Source: Trueperaceae bacterium
GTDB taxonomy: Bacteria > Deinococcota > Deinococci > Deinococcales > Trueperaceae
Length of the DNA stretch: 64,000 bases
Reading direction: 5' to 3'
Assembly: GCA_034521815.1 (NCBI GenBank)
Contig: JAXHLW010000013.1
Location: forward strand, 320,001 to 384,000
The first letter of the stretch is position 1. Each line of letters begins with the position of its first letter. Shown in pieces: positions 45,953-57,061 of this stretch. The position numbers and the translations under genes were made by a program. Below the pieces are notes generated by a model. The model was given only the letters and a program-made list of their open reading frames with translations. It was not told the DNA's origin and did no database searches.

Positions 45953-47225
45953 TTACTGAGGCTGGCCGGTGGACAAGCCGGTGATGTCCTGCAGGTCGAG
46001 CTCGAGCAGCTCGAGCGCGACGTCGGCGTCCTCGTTGCCCGTGAGGACGTTGTGCACGGCCGAGAAGAACGCGCGCGAGATCGCCGCGTAGTTCGGGGCC
46101 GTGACGGTGGACGGACGCGCGGTGGCGTTCACGAACACGTTGTAGAGCGAGCCGAAGAACGGGTTCGCTTCGAGGACGTCCTCGTCCTCGTACAGCGCTT
46201 CGATGGTCGGGTTGAGCGAACCCTCGATCGCGCGGATCTTCTGCTCTTCGTACGAGGCGAGGAACAGCGCCACGTCGGCGGCGGCCTCGGGGTTCTCGCT
46301 GTAGGCGCTCACGCCCAGCTGCCAGCCCCCCAGGGTGTGGGCGGGCTTGCCGCTCGGGCCGTGCGGCAGGGTCGAGACGTCGAACAGGCCCTGGACCGCG
46401 CTGTCGTCGCTCTGGCCCAGCGAGTAGGCGTACGGCCAGTTGCGCATGAACGCGGCGTTGCCCGCCTGGAACATGTTGCGGGCGTCCTCTTCGGCGAAGT
46501 TCGTCACGCCGTTGGGGCTGATCGTGCCGACCCAGCCGGCGGCCTTGCTCGATCGCGGTGATGGCGGCCTCGTTGTTGATCGTGATGACGCCGTCGGGGC
46601 TGACGACCGTGCCACCGTCGTGGGAGGCGACCCACTCGAGCGCGTCGCAGGTCAGGCCCTCGTAGGCGTTGCCCTGCCAGACGAAGCCCCAGAAGTCGGG
46701 GTTGCCCTCGGCGCGCTCGCCGGCCTGGATCATCTCGGCCATCTCCTCGAGCTCGGTCCAGGTCTCGGGCGGGCCATCGAAGCCGTACTTCTCGAGCAGG
46801 TCCGTGCGGTAGTACAGCAGGCCGGCGTCGGTGAACCAGGGGATGGCGACGAGCTTGCCGTCGACCGTGTTGTTCTCGACGATCGCCGAGAAATGCTCGT
46901 CGACGACGTCGCCGGCGCCGTACTCGTACAGGTCGACGAAGTGCTGCTGAAGGTCGCCGGGCCAGATCACGTCGATCTGCATCACGTCGACGTCGGACGA
47001 CTGCGCCTCGAACAGCTGCAGGTAGAACGACAGACGGTCGTCGGCGAGGTCGCCGGTCTCGAGCACGTTCACCGTGACGTCCGGGTTCTCCTGCATGTAG
47101 CGCTCGGCGGCGGCCTTCGTGAGCTCGAGCTCCTGACCGACCGCGCCTGCGGCGACGGTGATCGTCTGGGCGCTGACCACGCTCACGAGCAGCGCGATGG
47201 CCAGACTTGCGATGACCTTCCTCAT
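45953..47225 (-). CDS. Trehalose/maltose-type sugar ABC substrate-binding protein, +1 frameshift near 46545
   Basis: Signal peptide, DVMQIDVIW, PWFTDAGLLYYRTDLLEKYG, YEGLTCDALEW; then in the next frame FMRNWPYAY, TLGGWQL. Span 1273 nt = 3n+1. Confidence 0.88.
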
Positions 47226-47391
47226 GTCTCACCTTTCCTTTCGGCGTGCGAGCGTTGCGATAGCCGCTGGAACGCCCTCTTGCCGACCTTGGGTCGGCGC
47301 CATCAACCGGTCCGGATCCACGACGGACGTCCTCTGGGAGCGTGCGCGAAAGCCGGCTCCGAAGGTGCGTCGCGACCGAATTGATACGGCG

Positions 47392-47420
47392 ACGATAGCA
47401 CTTCGCGGGGGGACCGGCAA
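47392..47420 (-). promoter_or_regulatory. Putative SigA promoter of the sugar ABC operon
   Basis: Minus strand TTGCCG - 17 nt - TATCGT with a TGn extension. Confidence 0.55.
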
Positions 47421-47507
47421 GACGAAGTAGCGTGCCCCAGCACGTAGTTGTCCAGGTATACACAGGGGTCGATCGGACACCGCCCGGTACCGAGCCGGGG
47501 TGCCGGC

Positions 47508-48572
47508 TCAGACGACGGGCCGCCCCGCCAGGCGCGCCACGCTCTGCTGCAGCTCCATCTCGGCGAACGGGCGGGCCAGCACCTCGGCCTTCGGGCGCCG
47601 CCAGCGCGACAACGGCCCCCCGCCCACGTCGTCGGTGAGGACGACGGCGGGCAGGTGGCGCCGCCCGGCCGTGCCTCGGACCTGGCGCAGCAGCCGCCAG
47701 CCTTCGCCCTCGCGATCGTCCACCACGAGCACCTTGGGCCGGACGTCGTCCAGCGCGGCCAGCGCCGCATCGGGCGACTCGAACAGCTCGGGCCGCAGCC
47801 CGACGCGCTGGAGCGAGAGGCGAATCAGTCGCTGGAGCGCCGGGCTGGCGCACACCACCATCACCGCCGGATCGGGGTTGTCGCGCTCCACGCCTTCGAT
47901 CACCTCGAGCTCCTCGAGGCGACGCAACAGCCGCAACGCCTCGCCTTCGCCCAGGTCGACGTCGGCGACGATCGTTCGGGCCGGCCGGAAGCCGTCCACC
48001 AGGCCCACGAGGTCCCACGCGCCGGGAGGCAGATCGTGGTCGGTCGGATCGCCTACGCGGCGGTAGACCGTGGCCGGGTCCGCCATCCCCTCGTCCAGCG
48101 CCCGGCGCAGCTCGTCGGCCTCCATCAGAAGGCGCATCGCGTCGTGAGCGCCCTCGGTGGGCGCCTGGGAGGAGGTGATCGACCGCTCGGCGAACGAGAA
48201 CGTCCCCTCGCGCCAGGAGAGCAGCTCTGCGATCGCCTCGACCGCCTGCCGCCGCAACGCCGCCTGGAGCTGCTCGGCGCTGAGCAATCCGGTGTCGATG
48301 GCCATCAGCCCCAGCGGCGTCCCCGCGTTCTCGCTGTCCTGGCGGGCCAGCATCTCCTGCACCTCGAACGTGGTGAGAAGGTCCATGCGCACCAGCACCT
48401 CGCCGAGGTGGGTGCCCGGATCGAGGTGGGCCACCTGCACGCGGCCGCGCTCCAGGTACAGCCGAGCTCGCACCTCGTTGCGGGCGACCGTCAGCACGCC
48501 GGACTTCTGACCCTCGGAGACGATCTGGACCACGTCGGTCAGCGGCACGTTCCGGAGGCTGCCCTCGATCAC
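47508..48572 (-). CDS. DUF4388 (PatA-N-like) protein with C-terminal atypical receiver domain
   Basis: IEGSLRNVPLTDVVQIV..KSGVL..LYLERGRV, LLSWREGTFSF, LLMEA; C-terminal VLVVDD..GWRLLRQVR..LARPF. Confidence 0.82.
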   Translation of the reverse strand: MIEGSLRNVPLTDVVQIVSEGQKSGVLTVARNEVRARLYLERGRVQVAHLDPGTHLGEVLVRMDLLTTFEVQEMLARQDSENAGTPLGLMAIDTGLLSAEQLQAALRRQAVEAIAELLSWREGTFSFAERSITSSQAPTEGAHDAMRLLMEADELRRALDEGMADPATVYRRVGDPTDHDLPPGAWDLVGLVDGFRPARTIVADVDLGEGEALRLLRRLEELEVIEGVERDNPDPAVMVVCASPALQRLIRLSLQRVGLRPELFESPDAALAALDDVRPKVLVVDDREGEGWRLLRQVRGTAGRRHLPAVVLTDDVGGGPLSRWRRPKAEVLARPFAEMELQQSVARLAGRPVV

Positions 48573-48573
48573 C

Positions 48574-49566
48574 TCAATCGTGCCCCTCGAACAGGCCCTC
48601 CGCGGTGGCCACCGCGGGCGCCTCGAGTCCAAGGTGGCGCCAGGCCGCCGGCGTCGCGATCCTGCCGCGCTGCGTCCGCTGAAGCAGCCCGCGCTGGATC
48701 AGGAACGGCTCGTAGACCTCCTCGAGCGTCGCCCGGTCCTCGCCGATCGCCGTCGCGAGGGTGCCGACGCCCACGGGTCCCCCGGCGAAGCGCTCGACGA
48801 CGGTCCGCAACAGCGCCCGGTCGCGACGGTCCAGCCCGGCGACGTCGATGCCCAGCTCGTCGAGGGCGTGCCGTGTCCGCTCGACGCCGACCTCGTCCTC
48901 GCCGGCGACGTGCGCGTAGTCCCGGACGCGCCTGAGAAGTCGCTTGGCGACGCGCATCGTTCCCCGCGAGCGGCGTCCGATCTCGAGCGCGGCGTCCGGA
49001 TGGACGGCGAACCCCAGCAGCCGAGCGTCGCGGTTCACGCCTTCGGCGAGCTCCTCGTCGCGGTAGTACTCGAGGTGCTCGAGAATCCCGAACCGGCTTC
49101 GCAACGGGCCGCTGATGAGCCCGGGACGGGTCGTCGCTCCGATGAGCGTGAAGCGCGGCAGGTCCAGTCGCAACGTGCGCGCTGACGGCCCTTGCCCCAG
49201 CACCAGGTCGATCGCGAAGTCCTCCATGGCCGGGTAGAGGTGCTCCTCGGCGGCGCGCCCCAGCCTGTGGATCTCGTCGATGAACACGACGTCGCCCTGT
49301 CGAACCGCGTTCGTGAGGATCGCGGCCAGATCGCCCGGCTTCTCGATGGCCGGCCCGCTGGTCACCCGCAGGCCGACGCCGAGCTCCGCGGCGACGATGT
49401 GCGCCAGGGTGGTCTTGCCGAGGCCCGGAGGGCCGTAGAGGAGCACGTGATCGAGAACGTCCCCTCGACCCTTGGCGGCGTCGAGGTAGACGCGGAACTT
49501 CTGCTTGAGCCGCTCCTGCCCGACGTAGTCGTCCAGCCGAGCGGGCCTGAGAGCGCCGTCCTCCAC
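48574..49566 (-). CDS. ruvB: Holliday junction branch migration helicase RuvB
   Basis: [56 protein letters not shown]. Confidence 0.98.
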   Translation of the reverse strand: MEDGALRPARLDDYVGQERLKQKFRVYLDAAKGRGDVLDHVLLYGPPGLGKTTLAHIVAAELGVGLRVTSGPAIEKPGDLAAILTNAVRQGDVVFIDEIHRLGRAAEEHLYPAMEDFAIDLVLGQGPSARTLRLDLPRFTLIGATTRPGLISGPLRSRFGILEHLEYYRDEELAEGVNRDARLLGFAVHPDAALEIGRRSRGTMRVAKRLLRRVRDYAHVAGEDEVGVERTRHALDELGIDVAGLDRRDRALLRTVVERFAGGPVGVGTLATAIGEDRATLEEVYEPFLIQRGLLQRTQRGRIATPAAWRHLGLEAPAVATAEGLFEGHD

Positions 49567-49761
49567 GTCCTGAAGCGTACCACCCCCTTCGCTAAGGGCC
49601 GCGGCCGGGAGATGGACGAACGGCCGCCGTCGGGTACCATGCCACGCGGCCGACCGCGACCGAGCCCGAGGCGTGCCACCGTGCGGAACGGGCGTCCGCG
49701 ATACTCAGAGCGACCCGGCCGACGCGGAATCGTCCGACGCTCCGAAGGGAACGAACCCGTC

Positions 49762-50334
49762 ATGAACAGCCATCGCATCCGTATCGGACAGGAGGTCCGA
49801 GACCTGCCGATCGTCGACGTCGGCGGCGTGTCCGTGGCCCTCCTCAACCTCCTCGGCGACACCGATCTGGTCGAGGCCGCCGCCGTCGCGCTGGCGGAGG
49901 CGATGCCCGAGGGGATCGAGGCGTTCGTCACGCCCGAGGTCAAGGCCGTTCCGCTGGCGCACGCGTTGTCGCGCAACACCGGCGTTCCGTACGTCGTGAT
50001 CCGCAAGACCGAGAAGCCGTACATGGTGAATGCCATCGCGCGCTCGGTCGTGTCGATCACCACCGGGCGTCCGCAGAACCTCGTGCTGGACGGCGGCGAC
50101 GTGCCTAGACTCCGGGGTCGACGCGTCGCGATCGTCGACGACGTGGTCTCGACCGGCGGCACGCTGCACGGGCTGATCGAGCTCCTCGAGCAGGTCGGCG
50201 CCGAGGTGGTCGCCACGATGGTCGTGTTCACCGAGGGCGATCCGCGCGACGACGTCGTGTCGCTCGGGCACCTCCCGCTCTACCCCGCGCAGGACGACGT
50301 GGCGGGGGAGGCCGTGGCGGAGGAGGAATCCTGA
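49762..50334 (+). CDS. Type I phosphoribosyltransferase (APRT-like)
   Basis: [41 protein letters not shown]. Confidence 0.9.
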   Translation: MNSHRIRIGQEVRDLPIVDVGGVSVALLNLLGDTDLVEAAAVALAEAMPEGIEAFVTPEVKAVPLAHALSRNTGVPYVVIRKTEKPYMVNAIARSVVSITTGRPQNLVLDGGDVPRLRGRRVAIVDDVVSTGGTLHGLIELLEQVGAEVVATMVVFTEGDPRDDVVSLGHLPLYPAQDDVAGEAVAEEES

Positions 50335-50335
50335 C

Positions 50336-52687
50336 GTGACCCGGTTCTCGGACGGCCCGCTCCGCGTACACGCGGCGGGCACGCGCGAGCTGCTCGAGCG
50401 CGCTGCGACCGAGCGTCGTGAGCGTGCCGCGCTGGACGCCGCGCGAGCGACCGCCGGTCGCGCGGGCGCGCGAGCGATCGACGGGCGAGCGGAGTTCGGG
50501 GCGTGGCTGCCGCAGATCGACCCCGCCCGCGACCGGGTCGAGCTCGAGACCATCCAGCTCCTCGGCGCTGCGCCCGAGGGCGGCGACGGCACCGTGCCGG
50601 TGGTCCGCCAGCGTCTACCGATGTCGGTCGACGGCGCGTGGGCGTGGCTGGCCGTGACGGGGGCGGTGGCGGGCAGTCGCGACGAGCCCGGCACGCTGTA
50701 TCGCTTCGTGGTGACGGGCCCGGGCGGAGAGGAGAAGCTCTGGGGCGACCCCATGGCGGCGTCGCTGCCGTACGGGATCCACGGCCCGGCCGAGCTGTAC
50801 GACACGCACCGCATGCACGCCGGCAGGGGCGACGCCGAGTTCTTCCGCCGTGCCGGCATCGGCGGGCAGGGGGCCGAAGGCGAGCCGGCACGCTTCGGTC
50901 CTCCCAGCCACATTCTGCAGGTTCACGTCGGCACGGCCACGCACGGCGGCACGTTGGCCGACCTCGTCGACCTCTACGCCGCGCTGGCCGACAAGGTCCG
51001 CACGGGCCGGGAGCCGACGCCGGCCGAGTCGGCGTTCTTGGGCTACGACGCGGTGCAGCTGTTGCCGGTCGAGCCGGTGATCGAGAACCCCGCCGACCCG
51101 CCCCGGTTCGAGCTGATCGACGGGGGCGCCGGCGCCATGGCACGTCTGCGCCCACCGAACACGATCGACTGGGGCTACGACACGACGATCTTCGGCTCCG
51201 CCGCGATCTCGCCGTCGCTGTTGCGGAGCGGCCGGCCCGACGAGCTCGTCGACCTCGCCGTGGTCCTGCACACCTTCCCGGGCATGCCGATCAGGCTCGT
51301 GCTGGACGTCGTGTTCGGGCACGCCGATGCGCAGGCGACCTCCGTGCTGCCTCCAGCGTGGTTCCTGGGCCCGAACATGTACGGCACCGACCTGGACTTC
51401 CGCGATCCGACGGTGCGGGCGCTGCTGCTCGAGATGCAGCGTCGCAAGGTCGACCACGGTGCCGACGGCGTGCGCGTCGACGCGGCGCAGGATCACAAGA
51501 TCCTCGACGACGCTACGGGCGAGATGGTGCACGACGACGCCTACCTGCGCGAGATGAGCGCCGTGGTGCAGCAGGTGGCCGACGTGCGCTACCGGCCGTT
51601 CATGATCTTCGAGGACGGACGGCCGTGGCCGCGTGAGGATTGGCCGACGGCGTCGACGTACATGGACGTGATTCGCGACCAGCCGCACGCGTTCCAGTGG
51701 GGGCCGATGACGTTCGCGCACAACACGCCGTCGCTCGAGGGGTTCTGGAACAGCCGCTGGTGGCGGATCGAGGAGATCTGCGACCACGGCGAGCAGTGGA
51801 TCAGCGGCTGTGCGAACCACGACACGCTGCGCCGCGGCTACCAGATCCCGCCGGACGCGGCGATCAACCGGCGGCTGGGCACCGACCTGCCCGAGATCCT
51901 CCGGCGCGCCTACGATCATCCTGCGGCCGACATGATGTTCTACGGTCTGCTTCCCGGCGTTCCGATGACGTTCGTCGCGGCCGGCATGCGCGCTCCCTGG
52001 GCGTTCATGAGGAACGCCGACCACCGCTACGCGGTCAAGGTCGCGGCCGAGGAGGCGGGCGTGTTCCGCTGGCGCTTCGGACCGGACGACTACGCGCGTG
52101 ACGACGCCTTCCTGCGCTTGAAGGGGCTGGGTCTGCACGAACACGGCGCTGCGGCGCACCTGTTCGAACGGTTGCAGGGCGCGGTCCGGTCCGGGGCCGA
52201 AGGGGCCGACGAGATCGCCGACGCCGCCAGGGCCAGCGGCACCAGCGCTCCGTTCGAGCTGGAGCCGGAGGTGCTGCTGGGCGTCGCGCGGGCGTTCATG
52301 GAGGACCTTCACGACGCCAGCGTGGTGTGGCGCGCCGAGCACCGCCTGGATCCGGTGCGCATGGAGCGTTCGATGGCGCTGCGGCGCATCCGGCGCGCCC
52401 GCCCCTGGCTGCGGGCCGACCTGCGGCCCGCCGAGCGGTTCGACCGGCGGGTCCGCGAGGACGGCGGCGTGCTGGTGCACGGCGTTCGTCACGCGCCCGA
52501 CGGTGGCGAGTCGCTGGCGCTCATCGCGAATCTCGAGGGCGAGCCGTGGTCGGTCGTGCCGCGCGAGCTCGTGGGCCAGGGCGATTGGCAGGCGCTGGCG
52601 ATCGCGCCGGGCGCCGTGTGGCGCGGGCCGGACGACGAGCTGGTGGTTCACGACGCCGAGGGCGTGCTCCTGCACGTCACGGCCTGA
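50336..52687 (+). CDS. gghA: GH13-like glucosylglycerol hydrolase (GghA/Slr1670-like)
   Basis: [90 protein letters not shown]. Confidence 0.8.
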   Translation: MTRFSDGPLRVHAAGTRELLERAATERRERAALDAARATAGRAGARAIDGRAEFGAWLPQIDPARDRVELETIQLLGAAPEGGDGTVPVVRQRLPMSVDGAWAWLAVTGAVAGSRDEPGTLYRFVVTGPGGEEKLWGDPMAASLPYGIHGPAELYDTHRMHAGRGDAEFFRRAGIGGQGAEGEPARFGPPSHILQVHVGTATHGGTLADLVDLYAALADKVRTGREPTPAESAFLGYDAVQLLPVEPVIENPADPPRFELIDGGAGAMARLRPPNTIDWGYDTTIFGSAAISPSLLRSGRPDELVDLAVVLHTFPGMPIRLVLDVVFGHADAQATSVLPPAWFLGPNMYGTDLDFRDPTVRALLLEMQRRKVDHGADGVRVDAAQDHKILDDATGEMVHDDAYLREMSAVVQQVADVRYRPFMIFEDGRPWPREDWPTASTYMDVIRDQPHAFQWGPMTFAHNTPSLEGFWNSRWWRIEEICDHGEQWISGCANHDTLRRGYQIPPDAAINRRLGTDLPEILRRAYDHPAADMMFYGLLPGVPMTFVAAGMRAPWAFMRNADHRYAVKVAAEEAGVFRWRFGPDDYARDDAFLRLKGLGLHEHGAAAHLFERLQGAVRSGAEGADEIADAARASGTSAPFELEPEVLLGVARAFMEDLHDASVVWRAEHRLDPVRMERSMALRRIRRARPWLRADLRPAERFDRRVREDGGVLVHGVRHAPDGGESLALIANLEGEPWSVVPRELVGQGDWQALAIAPGAVWRGPDDELVVHDAEGVLLHVTA

Positions 52688-54540
52688 TGTCCGACGACGT
52701 CAAGGAGCAGATTCGCGCCCGACTCGATCTCGCCGACGTGATCGGCGAGACGGTCGCCCTGAAGCCGGCCGGGCGCGAGCGCCTCAAAGGGCTGTGTCCG
52801 TTCCACGCCGAGAAGACCCCGTCGTTCCACGTTCACGTGGGAAAGGGGTTCTACTACTGCTTCGGCTGCGGCGCCAAGGGCGACCTGTTCGACTTCGTCA
52901 TGCAGACGCAAGGGGTCGACTTCTTCGAGACGCTGCAGATGCTGGGCAGGCGCGCCGGGGTCGAGGTCGAGGCGGCCCGGCCCAACGCCGCCGGCGGCCG
53001 CCGGCGCGACCTGATCGCGGTGAACGAGCTGGCCGAGGCCTGGTTCCGCGGCAACCTGGAGGGCCCGGGCGGCGAGGCGGCGCTGTCGTACCTGCACGGT
53101 CGCGGCCTCACCGACGAGAGCGTCCACGCCTGGGGACTGGGCTGGGCACCGGACGGGTGGGACGGCCTGCTGCGTCACGCGCTCACCGAAGGCGTGCGCG
53201 ACGACGATCTGCTGGCCGCCGGACTGATCTCCGAGAACGAGCGCGGCCGGCGGTACGACCGCTTCCGCAGTCGGGTCGTGTTCCCGATCCGGGACCGGCT
53301 GGGCCGGGTGGTGGGGTTCGCCGGGCGCGTGCTGGGCGACGAGGTTCCCAAGTACCTGAACACGCCCGAGACCGAGATCTTCGACAAGGGGAGCCTGCTG
53401 TACGGCCTCGACCGGGCCCGTCCCTCGATCCGGGAACGATCGGAATGCCTGGTCGTGGAGGGCTACATGGACGTCATCGCGCTGCATCAGACCGGGTTCG
53501 ACCACGCCGTCGCCGCGCTGGGCGCCACGCTGACCGAGGCGCAGGCGCAGGCGCTGTCCCGCCTGGACGTGCAGCGGCTGCTGCTGGCGTTCGACGCCGA
53601 CGACGCGGGGCAGCGGGCGGTGCTGTCGGGTCTGGACCAGTCGGTCGGACGTCGGTTCCTGGTGAGGGCCGTGACCGTCCCGTTCGGGAAGGATCCGGCG
53701 GACGCCGTGCTCGGCGGCCACGTCGACGCGTTCCGCGACGCGCTGGAGCGGGGCGCGTCCGAGGTCGAGTTCCGCTTCCGCTCGGTGATGGAGGCGCACG
53801 ACCCCTCCACGCCGGAGGGGCGCAAGTCGATCCTGGAGGCGCTGGCGCCCGCGATGGCGCCACGCGGCCTGCAGGACGAGGTGGCCGCCGAGATGCGCCG
53901 GCTGGTCACGCACGCGCTGGAGCTCGACGAGCGGCAGCTGCTCGCCTGGCTCGAGAACCGGCGTGGCCGGACGCTGGACGAGACGCAGGTTCGCGGCATG
54001 CGCCGGCGGAGCGCTGCGCAGGGGGGATCGGAGGGGATCGAGCTCGAGGTCATGTCGCTGCTTCTCGGCGAGCCGGGCCGGCTGCGGGAGCGGCTCGGCA
54101 GGGTGCTCGCGCAGGTGCCGCCCGAGCTCGAGCCGTCGCTGCTGCGCGAGTTCGGCCGGATCTGCGAGGAGGAGAGCTTCGACGCCGACAGGATCCTGGC
54201 GCGGTACCGCGAGCGCGAGGAAGCCGACCTGCTGTTCGCCCGGGCGTTCGAGCAGGACGACGACGCCAATGATCGCAGGTCGCAGGTCGAGCGTCACCTC
54301 GAGATCAGCCTGTCCAGGCTGCGCGAGCGCGTGCTCGAGCGGGGCACCGAGGCGCTCAGGCGGCGACTGAAGGAGCGTATGGAGGAGATCCGGCGCCTGC
54401 TCGAGGATCCGGATCTGGCTCCGGACACGTTGCAGGCGTGCTACCAGGAGCTCGGCGAGCTCCAGGGCGCGCTGGCCGCGCGTGAGGCCGAGCGCCGGGT
54501 GCGGCTGCCGTCGGGCTTCGGCCGCGGCAAGCGCCGCTGA
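52687..54540 (+). CDS. dnaG: DNA primase
   Basis: [15 protein letters not shown] zinc finger, [39 protein letters not shown]. Confidence 0.97.
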   Translation: MSDDVKEQIRARLDLADVIGETVALKPAGRERLKGLCPFHAEKTPSFHVHVGKGFYYCFGCGAKGDLFDFVMQTQGVDFFETLQMLGRRAGVEVEAARPNAAGGRRRDLIAVNELAEAWFRGNLEGPGGEAALSYLHGRGLTDESVHAWGLGWAPDGWDGLLRHALTEGVRDDDLLAAGLISENERGRRYDRFRSRVVFPIRDRLGRVVGFAGRVLGDEVPKYLNTPETEIFDKGSLLYGLDRARPSIRERSECLVVEGYMDVIALHQTGFDHAVAALGATLTEAQAQALSRLDVQRLLLAFDADDAGQRAVLSGLDQSVGRRFLVRAVTVPFGKDPADAVLGGHVDAFRDALERGASEVEFRFRSVMEAHDPSTPEGRKSILEALAPAMAPRGLQDEVAAEMRRLVTHALELDERQLLAWLENRRGRTLDETQVRGMRRRSAAQGGSEGIELEVMSLLLGEPGRLRERLGRVLAQVPPELEPSLLREFGRICEEESFDADRILARYREREEADLLFARAFEQDDDANDRRSQVERHLEISLSRLRERVLERGTEALRRRLKERMEEIRRLLEDPDLAPDTLQACYQELGELQGALAAREAERRVRLPSGFGRGKRR

Positions 54541-54607
54541 TCGACGTGGCGCTCTCGGACGCCGTCCAGGACGGCGTTTCGTCTGCCGCGCGCCCGCCCG
54601 TGCGCAA

Positions 54608-54637
54608 TTGACACCCTTTCGAGTGTGCTGGTATCCT
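54608..54637 (+). promoter_or_regulatory. SigA promoter of the V/A-ATPase operon
   Basis: TTGACA - 18 nt - TATCCT with a TGn extension. Confidence 0.75.
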
Positions 54638-54761
54638 CGCTCGGCAGCGCACGAGGGTCCGTTCACGTACTCGCGGGCGCTATCCGTAGATTCCCGTACC
54701 ACCACCGCCACCGCCGCAGCCGTGACGGCGTCACGTGCTGCCGGGACGAGAGGAGGGGCGT

Positions 54762-55082
54762 TTGGAAGCCCAGGGAGATAACCTGCTGCAACGCCTCGTC
54801 GAACAGGAACGGACGCTCGCCGGCAAGGTCGAGAGCGCGCAGAGCGAGGCGACGAAGATCGTCGACGAAGCTCGCGCCGAGGCCGACAAGATCGCCGAGG
54901 ACGCGCGGAAGCGCGCCGACCGGATCGCCGAGGAGGAACGCCGGGCCGGGGCCGAGGCGGCGGAGACCGAGCGCAGCGAGATCGTCGCGCGCGCGAAGTC
55001 CGATGCCGAGTCGATTCACAGCCGTGCCGAGGCGCGCCGCGCCGCGGCCGCCGAGCTGGTGATGGAGCGCGTGCTGCCATGA
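54762..55082 (+). CDS. V/A-type ATP synthase subunit G (H)
   Basis: Charged Ala/Glu coiled coil ending MERVLP; first gene of the operon; TTG after GAGGAGG. Confidence 0.85.
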   Translation: MEAQGDNLLQRLVEQERTLAGKVESAQSEATKIVDEARAEADKIAEDARKRADRIAEEERRAGAEAAETERSEIVARAKSDAESIHSRAEARRAAAAELVMERVLP

Positions 55083-57061
55083 TCGCCCGCATGGACCGGC
55101 TCACGGTCGTCGGGCGTCGTAGCGCGGCGCGCGAGGTCCTGCAATCGCTGCAGAGCCTCGGCGTCGTGCAGATCGACCCGCTGGAGCCCGAGGAGGGCGC
55201 CGAGCTGGTCCGCAACCGCCTCGTCGGCGAGGACCGAACGGAGGCCGATCGCTGGGCGTCCGCGCTGGCACGGATCGCCACGCTGCGCGAGACGCTGTCC
55301 GCACGGAACGTCTCTCCCGCCCCCCGCAGCGAGGTGCCGACCGTTCTCGACGAGATCGAGTCGACCCTCGACGACGTGGGCTCGCAAGCGGACGCCATCG
55401 TGGCCGAGCGGGCCCAGGTCCGCGAGGAGCGCGCCACCGTCGACGAGTACCTGCCCGTGTTCCGCGTCCTCGCTCCCACGCTGGCGCAGCTCGACCAGAG
55501 CCGCTGGCTGGCCGGCATGCCGTTCCTGGCTCCGGCCGACGCGGTTCCGGAGATCGAGGCGTCGCTGGGCGACGCGCTCGAGGATCGCGTCCTGATCACG
55601 CACCGCGCCTACGGCGATCAGCGTCTCGTGGTCGCCGTCGTGCTGAAGCGCGACGAGGCGGAGCTTCGCCGCGCGCTCTCGCGCTCCGGCGTCGCGCCGC
55701 TGGCGCTTCCCGGCCGCTACCGCCACCTGGACACGGCCAAGGCCGTGCACACCATGGAGGAGCGATCGCAGCAGCTTCCCAAGCGGCTCGCCTCGCTCGA
55801 GCAACAGCTCGTCAAGCTCGGCGCGCAGCACGGCCCGCGTCTCGCCACGGTGCATACGGTGATTCGGAACCATCACGTTCGGCTCCAGCGGCTCGAGGAT
55901 CTCGCCACGGGCCGCTACGCCTTCGCCCTCCGTGGCTGGGTCCCCAGCGAGGACGTCCGCAAGGTCACCGAAGGCCTGCGCAAGCAGTTCGGCGACGACG
56001 TCGTCATCGACCATCGGCCCGCGGACGAGCATCACGATCAGGGGGTCCCGGTCAAGCTGGACAACCCGGGCTGGATGCGTCCGTTCCAAGGTCTGCTGGC
56101 CCTGTTCGCGCCCCCGAGGTACGGCAACTTCGATCCCACCTGGACGCTGGCGACGTTCTTTCCGCTGTTCTTCGGCCTCGTCGTCGGCGACATCGCCTAC
56201 GGCCTGATCTTCCTGGCCTTCGGCCTCTGGGTCCGGCAGCGGGGCAAGAAGGGCAAGAACCTCGACCTCGGTCCGCTCGGGATCGTGATCCCGGCCCGCA
56301 ACCTGCCGGGCATCGGGACCGTCGTGAACTGGGCGGCGGGCTGGACGATCGCGTGGGGCGTCGTGTACGGCGAGTTCTGGGGGAACTTCCTGGAGCACTG
56401 GCCGCACGACCGTCCGGTGTTCTATCCCGGCGACAAGGGGATCTTCGAGATCCTGCTGTTCCGGGTCGAGGTGTTCACGCCGCTCCTGATCCTGACGTTG
56501 GGCTTCGGGACGCTCCAGGTCCTGCTGGGCTGGGGCATCCGCGCCTACTACGGCTGGAAGCACGGCGACCGCAAGCACCTCTGGGAGGGCGTCGGCATGT
56601 TCTCGGGCATCACCGGCGTGGTCGTGTTCGCGACCGGCTACCTCACCGAAGCGCTGGGGCCGGCCGTGCTGACCGTCTCCGGCGTCCTGTTGGCCATCTT
56701 CCTGCTCGGCGTGGTGCTCTCGGGGATCCCGCTGATGCTCGTCGAGCTCATCTCGAACTCGGGCAACATCCTCAGCTACCTGCGACTGTTCGCCGTCGGC
56801 CTGTCGGCCGCCCTGGTGGCCAACCTCGGGACCGACGCCGGCTTCGCGACGAACGCCGCGATCGGGGTGCCCGTGCTCGGAGAGCTGCTGGGGATACTCG
56901 TCGCCGTGTTCATCAACCTGTTCGCGGTCGTTCTCACCCTCGTCGGCCACACCTTGCAGCCGCTCCGTCTGCAGTACGTGGAATTCTTCACCAAGTTCGG
57001 CTTCTACGAAGAGAGTGGCCGACCCTACGCGCCGTTCCGGCTCCATGGAGGAAAAGCATGA
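55079..57061 (+). CDS. atpI: V/A-type ATP synthase subunit I
   Basis: LRGWVP, PVKLDNP, PRYGNFDPT, GDIAYG, NILSYLRLFAVGL, LRLQYVEFF. Confidence 0.96.
   Translation: MIARMDRLTVVGRRSAAREVLQSLQSLGVVQIDPLEPEEGAELVRNRLVGEDRTEADRWASALARIATLRETLSARNVSPAPRSEVPTVLDEIESTLDDVGSQADAIVAERAQVREERATVDEYLPVFRVLAPTLAQLDQSRWLAGMPFLAPADAVPEIEASLGDALEDRVLITHRAYGDQRLVVAVVLKRDEAELRRALSRSGVAPLALPGRYRHLDTAKAVHTMEERSQQLPKRLASLEQQLVKLGAQHGPRLATVHTVIRNHHVRLQRLEDLATGRYAFALRGWVPSEDVRKVTEGLRKQFGDDVVIDHRPADEHHDQGVPVKLDNPGWMRPFQGLLALFAPPRYGNFDPTWTLATFFPLFFGLVVGDIAYGLIFLAFGLWVRQRGKKGKNLDLGPLGIVIPARNLPGIGTVVNWAAGWTIAWGVVYGEFWGNFLEHWPHDRPVFYPGDKGIFEILLFRVEVFTPLLILTLGFGTLQVLLGWGIRAYYGWKHGDRKHLWEGVGMFSGITGVVVFATGYLTEALGPAVLTVSGVLLAIFLLGVVLSGIPLMLVELISNSGNILSYLRLFAVGLSAALVANLGTDAGFATNAAIGVPVLGELLGILVAVFINLFAVVLTLVGHTLQPLRLQYVEFFTKFGFYEESGRPYAPFRLHGGKA

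Noticed and set aside
49564..49582. Possible DdrO/RDRM radiation-response operator over the ruvB promoter (GTACGCTTCAGGACGTG)
   Set aside because: Half-site spacing and end bases do not fit the 17-bp RDRM palindrome; explained by the -10 hexamer plus start codon
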